Below, one piece after another: positions 46,518 through 57,023 of a stretch of DNA of 64,000 bases. The DNA is from Schmidtea nova (taxonomy: Eukaryota). The position numbers and the translations under genes are program-made. Location of the stretch: positions 246,636,001 to 246,700,000 of the forward strand of contig CM097882.1 in NCBI GenBank assembly GCA_044892505.1, written 5' to 3'. Below the pieces are notes generated by a model, which made no database searches, was not told where the DNA came from, and worked only from the letters and a program-made list of their open reading frames with translations. Position 1 is the first letter of the stretch, and each line of letters opens with the position of its first letter.

Positions 46518-47699
46518 TTCAAAGTATAAGTAATTTTGAGTTAACTAATTTTTATTTGGTAATCTAAATAGAGATTACGTTTTTATTGATTTATATTCTA
46601 TAACATTTTATTGGTTAAAATGGAAATGCATATTGAACATTACGAGAGAAAATATTGATTGTTACCTTACATATTTAGCAGTTTAAAAAATTATAGATCA
46701 TTGTGTCTTTAATCATTAGAAATTTATCAAATCATTCCTCTCATATTATCTAAACAGTTATTCTCACATTTTTAATATTACATGATTTTGACCATATTTT
46801 GACCATTTTATTGAATTTAATTTAATTACACTGAATTTCTAAAAAATGATATAAAAATCAAATACCATGTTACAATCTCGCTTTAATACGTTGCAATGGT
46901 TTCCGATTATTTTTTGAATGTTCACGTTTTTGAATTTATCAAAATATATATATTTGAAAAACATTTAACCAATAATTTATAGCTTTAGGCAACAAATTTT
47001 AGTTTTAATAAATAGCAAGACGAGATTTGAAAAAAAATATTTTATTATTTATATATGTATATAATAAAAGATGTCACATATATCACAAGTAATATTTCTA
47101 GAAACTACTTATAAGCAAGCTACTAATTATCAAAAAGAAATGGTTAGAAGAATGCGCTGCACCATTTTTGTCACATAGCAACGGTTGCTAATTCAAAAAT
47201 CATCAATAAATACACACAAAACGGCTTATTGCCATGGAATTTATTGCAAAAACAAGTACAAGCGTCGAAATATAATCCCTGAGGTGGCCGTTGCTTTCAT
47301 TACCAAGTAAACACATAGTAATAAATAAATGCGTCGATTTATTTTCACGACTATCGATAACCAAAAACGATATGAACACAAAGACTGACAAGAATTATTT
47401 TATAGTTAAAAATTTTCAACAAATAAAAAATTTTCAGCAATGACTTATTTTGTTATTTAATTATAATTTTAGATATCAACAAACACTAAATACAAACACT
47501 AAAAAACTCTAAAAAAATCTCCTTATTTTTGTGATTTTCAATAAATTCAAATAATTAATACAAAGAGTATTTGATACATGATTATAATGAAAGGATATTT
47601 AGCTATAAAATTTACAAAAATGATCAGTTTTTATTTTGTAATCAAATTATAATCCAAATGAAATTTAAGGAATATTATTTTTTTTCATTAAACATCGCA

Positions 47700-48221
47700 C
47701 TAAATCATAAACTTTGCAAATGATTGGATTGTCATCATTATTTCTTCGAATATAATGAAGAATTTATTAAAGTTTGCTTTGAGAATATTATTATGAGATT
47801 TATCGCATGATTCAATGAGGCCAATTAATATTCTAATGCATTCAAATAGTACAATTGAAGTATTTTCTGGATTATGTAGTTCACGATAAAGTAATTTAAC
47901 AATTGTTTCTATGCTCGAAACTAAATGTATTTTGTCCCTTAATCTTGGAATAAATCTGGCTATTAGTTTCAAATCTCTCAATTTATTTATAGAGGAACTA
48001 TCTTTAAGATTGTCAATAGTTCTTCGTAAAGTTTTCGAAGAAGTTGTCATTAGATATTGAGGAATATCGTCTTTGAAGACAGTCAATGCTGGATTTTTGT
48101 GTTTCAATAACAAAGTCAATTGTTGGTTTTTGATATTAGGATTTGGCTGCAGATAAACTCTAACCGTTTTCACATTTCCACGGGTAGATACGACTCTAAC
48201 AGTTTTATATTCAGTAGACAT
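47700..48221 (-). CDS. Array ORF, 173-aa form
   Basis: Tandem copy. Confidence 0.75.
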   Translation of the reverse strand: MSTEYKTVRVVSTRGNVKTVRVYLQPNPNIKNQQLTLLLKHKNPALTVFKDDIPQYLMTTSSKTLRRTIDNLKDSSSINKLRDLKLIARFIPRLRDKIHLVSSIETIVKLLYRELHNPENTSIVLFECIRILIGLIESCDKSHNNILKANFNKFFIIFEEIMMTIQSFAKFMI

Positions 48222-49404
48222 TTCAAAGTATAAGTAATTTTGAGTTAACTAATTTTTATTTGGTAATCTAAATAGAGATTACGTTTTTATTGATTTATAT
48301 TCTATAACATTTTATTTGTTAAAATGGAAATGCATATTGAACATTACGAGAGAAAATATTGATTGTTACCTTACATATTTAGCAGTTTAAAAAATTATAG
48401 ATCATTGTGTCTTTAATCATTAGAAATTTATCAAATCATTCCTCTCATATTATCTAAACAGTTATTCTCACATTTTTTAATATTACATGATTTTGACCAT
48501 ATTTTGACCATTTTATTGAATTTAATTTAATTACACTGAATTTCTAAAAAATGATATAAAAATCAAATACCATGTTACAATCTCGCTTTAATACGTTGCA
48601 ATGGTTTCCGATTATTTTTTGAATGTTCACGTTTTTGAATTTATCAAAATATATATATTTGAAAAACATTTAACCAATAATTTATAGCTTTAGGCAACAA
48701 ATTTTAGTTTTAATAAATAGCAAGACGAGATTTGAAAAAAAATATTTTATTATTTATATATGTATATAATAAAAGATGTCACATATATCACAAGTAATAT
48801 TTCTAGAAACTACTTATAAGCAAGCTACTAATTATCAAAAAGAAATGGTTAGAAGAATGCGCTGCACCATTTTTGTCACATAGCAACGGTTGCTAATTCA
48901 AAAATCATCAATAAATACACACAAAACGGCTTATTGCCATGGAATTTATTGCAAAAACAAGTACAAGCGTCGAAATATAATCCCTGAGGTGGCCGTTGCT
49001 TTCATTACCAAGTAAACACATAGTAATAAATAAATGCGTCGATTTATTTTCACGACTATCGATAACCAAAAACGATATGAACACAAAGACTGACAAGAAT
49101 TATTTTATAGTTAAAAATTTTCAACAAATAAAAAATTTTCAGCAATGACTTATTTTGTTATTTAATTATAATTTTAGATATCAACAAACACTAAATACAA
49201 ACACTAAAAAACTCTAAAAAAATCTCCTTATTTTTGTGATTTTCAATAAATTCAAATAATTAATACAAAGAGTATTTGATACATGATTATAATGAAAGGA
49301 TATTTAGCTATAAAATTTACAAAAATGATCAGTTTTTATTTTGTAATCAAATTATAATCCAAATAAAATTTAAGGAATATTATTTTTTTTCATTAAACAT
49401 CGCA

Positions 49405-49926
49405 CTAAATCATAAACTTTGCAAATGATTGGATTGTCATCATTATTTCTTCGAATATAATGAAGAATTTATTAAAGTTTGCTTTGAGAATATTATTATG
49501 AGATTTATCGCATGATTCAATGAGGCCAATTAATATTCTAATGCATTCAAATAATACAATTGAAGTATTTTCTGGATTATGTAGTTCACGATAAAGTAAT
49601 TTAACAATTGTTTCTATGCTCGAAACTAAATGTATTTTGTCCCTTAATCTTGGAATAAATCTGGCTATTAGTTTCAAATCTCTCAATTTATTTATAGAGG
49701 AACTATCTTTAAGATTGTCAATAGTTCTTCGTAAAGTTTTCGAAGAAGTTGTCATTAGATATTGAGGAATATCGTCTTTGAAGACAGTCAATGCTGGATT
49801 TTTGTGTTTCAATAACAAAGTCAATTGTTGGTTTTTGATATTAGGATTTGGCTGCAGATAAACTCTAACCGTTTTCACATTTCCACGGGTAGATACGACT
49901 CTAACAGTTTTATATTCAGTAGACAT
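49405..49926 (-). CDS. Array ORF, 173-aa form
   Basis: Tandem copy. Confidence 0.75.
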   Translation of the reverse strand: MSTEYKTVRVVSTRGNVKTVRVYLQPNPNIKNQQLTLLLKHKNPALTVFKDDIPQYLMTTSSKTLRRTIDNLKDSSSINKLRDLKLIARFIPRLRDKIHLVSSIETIVKLLYRELHNPENTSIVLFECIRILIGLIESCDKSHNNILKANFNKFFIIFEEIMMTIQSFAKFMI

Positions 49927-51109
49927 TTCAAAGTATAAGTAATTTTGAGTTAACTAATTTTTATTTGGTAATCTAAATAGAGATTACGTTTTTATTGATT
50001 TATATTCTATAACATTTTATTGGTTAAAATGGAAATGCATATTGAACATTACGAGAGAAAATATTGATTGTTACCTTACATATTTAGCAGTTTAAAAAAT
50101 TATAGATCATTGTGTCTTTAATCATTAGAAATTTATCAAATCATTCCTCTCATATTATCTAAACAGTTATTCTCACATTTTTTAATATTACATGATTTTG
50201 ACCATATTTTGACCATTTTATTGAATTTAATTTAATTACACTGAATTTCTAAAAAATGATATAAAAATCAAATACCATGTTACAATCTCGCTTTAATACG
50301 TTGCAATGGTTTCCGATTATTTTTTGAATGTTCACGTTTTTGAATTTATCAAAATATATATATTTGAAAAACATTTAACCAATAATTTATAGCTTTAGGC
50401 AACAAATTTTAGTTTTAATAAATAGCAAGACGAGATTTGAAAAAAAATATTTTATTATTTATATATGTATATAATAAAAGATGTCACATATATCACAAGT
50501 AATATTTCTAGAAACTACTTATAAGCAAGCTACTAATTATCAAAAAGAAATGGTTAGAAGAATGCGCTGCACCATTTTTGTCACATAGCAACGGTTGCTA
50601 ATTCAAAAATCATCAATAAATACACACAAAACGGCTTATTGCCATGGAATTTATTGCAAAAACAAGTACAAGCGTCGAAATATAATCCCTGAGGTGGCCG
50701 TTGCTTTCATTACCAAGTAAACACATAGTAATAAATAAATGCGTCGATTTATTTTCACGACTATCGATAACCAAAAACGATATGAACACAAAGACTGACA
50801 AGAATTATTTTATAGTTAAAAATTTTCAACAAATAAAAAATTTTCAGCAATGACTTATTTTGTTATTTAATTATAATTTTAGATATCAACAAACACTAAA
50901 TACAAACACTAAAAAACTCTAAAAAAATCTCCTTATTTTTGTGATTTTCAATAAATTCAAATAATTAATACAAAGAGTATTTGATACATGATTATAATGA
51001 AAGGATATTTAGCTATAAAATTTACAAAAATGATCAGTTTTTATTTTGTAATCAAATTATAATCCAAATAAAATTTAAGGAATATTATTTTTTTTCATTA
51101 AACATCGCA

Positions 51110-51631
51110 CTAAATCATAAACTTTGCAAATGATTGGATTGTCATCATTATTTCTTCGAATATAATGAAGAATTTATTAAAGTTTGCTTTGAGAATATTA
51201 TTATGAGATTTATCGCATGATTCAATGAGGCCAATTAATATTCTAATGCATTCAAATAATACAATTGAAGTATTTTCTGGATTATGTAGTTCACGATAAA
51301 GTAATTTAACAATTGTTTCTATGCTCGAAACTAAATGTATTTTGTCCCTTAATCTTGGAATAAATCTGGCTATTAGTTTCAAATCTCTCAATTTATTTAT
51401 AGAGGAACTATCTTTAAGATTGTCAATAGTTCTTCGTAAAGTTTTCGAAGAAGTTGTCATTAGATATTGAGGAATATCGTCTTTGAAGACAGTCAATGCT
51501 GGATTTTTGTGTTTCAATAACAAAGTCAATTGTTGGTTTTTGATATTAGGATTTGGCTGCAGATAAACTCTAACCGTTTTCACATTTCCACGGGTAGATA
51601 CGACTCTAACAGTTTTATATTCAGTAGACAT
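51110..51631 (-). CDS. Array ORF, 173-aa form
   Basis: Tandem copy. Confidence 0.75.
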   Translation of the reverse strand: MSTEYKTVRVVSTRGNVKTVRVYLQPNPNIKNQQLTLLLKHKNPALTVFKDDIPQYLMTTSSKTLRRTIDNLKDSSSINKLRDLKLIARFIPRLRDKIHLVSSIETIVKLLYRELHNPENTSIVLFECIRILIGLIESCDKSHNNILKANFNKFFIIFEEIMMTIQSFAKFMI

Positions 51632-52781
51632 TTCAAAGTATAAGTAATTTTGAGTTAACTAATTTTTATTTGGTAATCTAAATAGAGATTATGTTTTTAT
51701 TGATTTATATTCTATAACATTTTATTGGTTAAAATGGAAATGCATATTGAACATTACGAGAGAAAATATTGATTGTTACCTTACATATTTAGCAGTTTAA
51801 AAAATTATAGATCATTGTGTCTTTAATCATTAGAAATTTATCAAATCATTCCTCTCATATTATCTAAACAGTTATTCTCACATTTTTAATATTACATGAT
51901 TTTGACCATATTTTGACCATTTTATTGAATTTAATTTAATTACACTGAATTTCTAAAAAATGATATAAAAATCAAGTACCATGTTACAATCTCGCTTTAA
52001 TACGTTGCAATGGTTTCCGATTATTTTTTGAATGTTCACGTTTTTGAATTTATCAAAATATATATATTTGAAAAACATTTAACCAATAATTTATAGCTTT
52101 AGGCAACAAATTTTAGTTTTAATAAATAGCAAGATGAGATTTGAAAAAAAATATTTTATTATTTATATATGTATATAATAAAAGATGTCACATATATCAC
52201 AAGTAATATTTCTAGAAACTACTTATAAGCAAGCTACTAATTATCAAAAAGAAATGGTTAGAAGAATGCGCTGCACCATTTTTGTCACATAGCAACGGTT
52301 GCTAATTCAAAAAAATCATCAATAAATACACACAAAACGTCTCATTGCCATGGAATTTATTGCAAAAACAAGTACAAGCGTCGAAATATAATCCCTGAGG
52401 TGGCCGTTGCTTTCATTACCAAATAAACACATATTAATAAATCAATGCGTCGATTTATTTTCTATGGCTATCGATAAAAAAAACGATATGAATACAAAGA
52501 CTGACAAGAATTATTTTATAGTTAAAAATTTTCAACAAATAAAATATTTTCAGCAATGACTTATTTTGTTATTTAATTATAATTTTAGATATCAACAAAC
52601 ACTAAATACAAACACTAAAAAACTCTAAAAAAAATCTCCTTATTTTTGTGATTTTCAATAAATTCAAATAAAAAATACAAAGAGTATTTGATACATGATT
52701 ATAATGAAAGGATATTTAGCTATAAAATTTACAAAAATGATCAGTTTTTATTTTGTAATCAAATTATAATCCAAATGAAAT

Positions 52782-53273
52782 TTAAGGAATATTATTTTTT
52801 TTCATTAAACATCGCACTAAATCATAAACTTTGCAAATGATTGGATTGTCATCATTATTTCTTCGAATATAATGAAGAATTTTATTAAAGTTTGCTTTGA
52901 GAATATATTTATGAGATTTATCGCATGATTCAATGAGGCCAATTAATATTCTAATGCATTCAAATAGTACAATTGAAGTATTTTCTGGATTATGTAGTTC
53001 ACGATAAAGTAATTTAACAATTGTTTCTATGCTCGAAACTAAATGTATTTTGTCCCTTAATCTTGGAATAAATCTGGCTATTAGTTTCAAATCTCTCAAT
53101 TTATTTATAGAGGAACTATCTTTAAGATTGTCAATAGTTCTATGTAAAGTTTTCGAAGAAGTTGTAATCCCTGAGGTGGCTGTTACTTTCATTACCAAGT
53201 AAACACATAGTAATAAATCAATGCGTCGATTTATTTTCACGACTATCGATAACCAAAAACGATATGCACACAA
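52782..53273 (-). pseudogene. Chimeric array ORF from an ~930-bp internal deletion (185-type C-terminus, 5' end lost)
   Basis: Junction GAAGAAGTTGT|AATCCCTGAGG near 53165 joins the ORF body to the upstream GC-richer segment. Confidence 0.85.
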
Positions 53274-53488
53274 AGACTGAGAAGAATTATTTTATAGTTA
53301 AAAATTTTCAACAAATAAAAAATTTGCAGCAATGACTTATTTTGTTATTTAATTATAATTTTAGATATCAACAAACACTAAATTCAAACACTAAAAAACT
53401 CTAAAAAAATCTCCTTATTTTTGTGATTTTCAATAAATTCAAATAATTAATACAAAGAGTAATTAATACAAAAAAGTCGGCAAATTAG

Positions 53489-53742
53489 AGGGAAGTCGGC
53501 AAATTAGATCCGTACCTTCGGTAAAAGGATTGGCTCTAAGGACTGGGTATGATGGGCTTAGTTAAGAAGTCAGTTGGTATAAAATTGAGCTGTTTTGATG
53601 CTGTTTTGAGGCAATTTGAAATGGTGTTGAGATGGTACTTTTTTAACTGGTTGATGGGCGAATTTTGCTTTGGTTGTTGGTCTTCGGATTGATGATCGTC
53701 GTTGTACACTAAACGGTCAACTTAGAACTGGCACGGACTAAG
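53489..53742 (+). rRNA. 28S: Isolated ~250-bp 28S (LSU) rRNA fragment (pseudogenic)
   Basis: AGGGAAGTCGGCAAATTAGATCCGTA.CTTCGG.AAAAGGATTGGCTCTAAG and CAACTTAGAACTGGCACGGAC are conserved LSU segments flanking an expansion segment, upstream of the R2 target region. Confidence 0.88.
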
Positions 53743-54514
53743 TCTAATTTGCTAGGATCTCTGATTGTCTAACTTAAATAACTATAACTAACAAAGTGGT
53801 GTCGTGAGATACCCGGAGTTGTAGTAAACTATGATTTATCATAGTATTTTCCAAGGTTACTGACTATAGCCAAGGAAAGGACAATTGGAACCTACAATGG
53901 TGAATATAATATAACATCTGCCGTAATTATTGGCTGGGTGTTTGCGATTTACAACTTTCTGGCACAATAGTACGGTATAGTACATATGTGCGTGAGGAAG
54001 AAGTTCGAGTTTACGGGCCTTCACGAGGTCTTCCTGATAACCATATTGAAGTATGGAACCAAAAACGTAAACTCGGTAATTAGTCATTTGATCTGATTAT
54101 CCTTCCTTCGGGAAGTGATTTAAATTATCGTTACGTTCTATAGTAGCGTTTTGAGAGGTTCACTTTCGGTAATATATATATGTCCGAAAGTGCCTTTTTA
54201 AGGTGATAGTATATGAAAATATACCTTCATGGCAACATGAAGTTTAAGATCCGATCTTCTAGTTAGAATCTCTGTGGGACGCCCGGAGTAACCGAACTAG
54301 CAAGACTGTACTGAGATTATACTAAGAATTACTCACACTCTTTTGTTAAAAACAGTGTTTCTTCTTATCATGGATCTTAAATCTACCAGCGAATATATAC
54401 ATTAGTAATTATTCTGCGAGTGTAGTGCGGGGACGCCTTTGAAACTAGAGGAACTGACAGAACGATCTGGTCGATGTTGTATAAAGTACAGTGATGGTAA
54501 TAATCGTGATTAGT

Positions 54515-55395
54515 TCGATGTTGGTTATATCAGTGGTGGCAATTCTCACTATAAAATGATATTGTTCTATATAACCTAGCTATATAGTAAAAATACGGGA
54601 CGTTTGGTAGTTGGTGGGTGAAACATACTGCTGATTACTGATAAGGGCCCGGATGTATGCAGGTCTTGTCGTCGACACGTGATTGTCGGTCCTGTATACG
54701 GTGATGTCAATTCTCATTACCAAAGGAATTGTTTTAAGTGGCCTAGTTGCTTAATAAACTCGATGTTGGCTCGATGTCGGTTATATAAGTGGTGTCAATT
54801 CTCACTATAAAATGATATTGTAATATATAGCCTAGCTATATAGTAAAATTACGGGACGTTTGGTAGTTGGTGGGTGAAACATACTGCTGATTACTGAACA
54901 GGGCCCGGAGTAAGCAGGTCTTGTCGTCGACACGTGATTGTCGGTCCTGTATACGGTGATGTCAATTCTCACTGCCAAAGGAATTGTTTTAAGTGGCCTA
55001 GTTACTTAATAAACTCGATGTTGGCTCGATGTTGGTTATATAAGTGGTGTCAATTCTCACTATAAAATGATATTGTAATATATAGCCTAGCTATATAGTA
55101 AAAATACGGGACGTTTGGTAGTTGGTGGGTGAAACATACTGCTGATTACTGAACAGGGCCCGGAGTAAGCAGGTCTTGTCGTCGACACGTGATTGTCGGT
55201 CCTGTATACGGTGATGTCAATTTTCACTACCATAGGAATTGTTTTAAGTGGCCTAGTTACTTAATAAACTCGATGTTGGCTCGACGTTGGTTATATAAGT
55301 GGTGTCAATTCTCACTATAAAATGATATTGTAATATATAGCCTAGCTATATAGTAAAAATTCTAAGTGTTTGTCAGTTGGTGGGTGAAACATACC
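54515..55395 (+). repeat. ~255-bp tandem repeat, about 3.5 copies
   Basis: AATTCTCACTATAAAATG recurs at 54541, 54797, 55052 and 55307. Confidence 0.92.
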
Positions 55396-56310
55396 ACTGA
55401 TTGCCAATTGATCTTAGGTCTGCGGTAGAAGAATTGAAGTGCTTCGGTGCTTCGACAATTCGGTGCCGCATTACTCTCATTAAGGGCTATCGAGTACCAT
55501 GTGTTCTTCACGGGTCACTAAGTCGGATGTCCGGCTGATCTGTGGGGTAGTGGTCAACTTTATACCTGTCCTTAAAAAAGGTAACATATAGCTTACGCAT
55601 AGTAGTGTTTGCAATTTACATTTATCTATCTCTTCACAACCAGGCGAGATAGACCCTCTATAGTCCTTATAGAGATGATCCTACCTTCTCAAGTTATAAT
55701 GGCGAAAATCATTATGATTATTTCGGTAGGGTGCAATCGCCTAATTGACCTAAAATGCTACCTGGGTAACTGGGTAGGGGGCGTATGCAAGTCAAGGCTC
55801 GAATCCACTACCCACTTATAAAAATAACTGCTTGTCAGTTGGGTAGACAACACCTCTATTGTCCTAATAGGGAAGATCCTATTGAACAGCGAGCAATAGC
55901 AATATTGCAAGCATTGCACAAATAGGGTGCGATTACTCAAATTATCAAACGAGTAGTCGTAAAGGTCTGGTAGATCAAAGTGATACCATTCTCACTATAA
56001 ACGTGAATGGGTCTGTGTAGTACTGCTACATAAGTTCAAACCAGCCGCTAGGGTAAGGGCGGATAAGGGAGATCAGACTGACAGTTTTCGGTGGAGTAGT
56101 AGGCCACTACTCAACCGAAAACATGTTGGTACGAGAATTGACTAGTTTATAAGTATCAACTAGAATCAAGATCTCCCCCTTAACCGAACACCGCCACGCC
56201 AAAATTTTCCTTGACCCTTAATTAATTAACTTTATTAATTTTTAACCATATTGTCATTTTATTTTCAGGTTCAAATTTTCTTAATTGCATTAATATTTTA
56301 TATCTTATTC

Positions 56311-56436
56311 TAGGTATTTTAGGTATTTTAGGTATTTTAGGTATCTTAGGTATTTTAGGTATCTTAGGTATTTTAGGTATTTTAGGTATTTTAGGTATTT
56401 TAGGTATCTTAGGTATCTTAGGTATTTTAGGTATTT
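56311..56436 (+). repeat. 9-bp minisatellite (TAGGTATTT/TAGGTATCT), about 14 copies
   Basis: Direct inspection. Confidence 0.92.
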
Positions 56437-56544
56437 CAAGTAAATTAGTATTCAGGTATTTAAGTATATGTAGTCATTAACTTGGTACTATATAAGGAGA
56501 GGACTGGATCAGTATGTCCTCCCCACCAATTTGTATTTGTAAAT

Positions 56545-56750
56545 TTTCATTTGTGTATAAAAGTTGTAATGTATAACTGCCCACATAGTGCCCCAAGGGG
56601 TACTATGTGGGCATTTTACACAGACTTTTAATATGTAGTTTAGTGTATAGTGTACTTTCATTTGTGTATAAAAGTTGTAATGTATAATTGCCCACATAGT
56701 GCCCCAAGGGGTACTATGTGGGCACTTTGCACAGACTTTTTAATATGTAG
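56545..56750 (+). repeat. 111-bp direct repeat (two copies), each with a 16-bp-stem hairpin
   Basis: GCCCACATAGTGCCCC-AA-GGGGTACTATGTGGGC at 56579-56612 and 56690-56723. Confidence 0.9.
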
Positions 56751-57023
56751 TTATATTGTATAATATTGTATATTGTATATTTTATAATAATGCTCTGGTA
56801 ACAGGGAGCATGCTAACACGAAAGCCCACATACAACAAACTACTGGTTGTATGTGGGCTTTCATGCTAGGTAAATAATAATGTTTAAGAATAAGATTGTA
56901 TACGACCACCACCACTAAAGAACTAGGTAAGGTATCTACGTAGGTTAATTTTAGGACGGTGAGACATTACCAAGGGAGGGTGTCCTACTGTAAAACACTC
57001 CCTTAAAAACAAATCCATGAAAA

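Larger units (their letters stand above)
20300..53461. repeat. Head-to-tail tandem array of ~1704-1707-bp units (19 intact ORF copies plus one internally deleted unit)
   Basis: Regular ORF periodicity; near-identical units. Confidence 0.98.

Noticed and set aside
20300-53461. CRISPR-like or 5S/SL/snRNA array interpretation
   Set aside because: Whole units are near-identical with no unique spacers, and no 5S, tRNA or Sm-site pattern was recognised
53489-53742. Assigning the host species from the 28S fragment or intron size
   Set aside because: The conserved segments are shared by many animals; a database search would be needed
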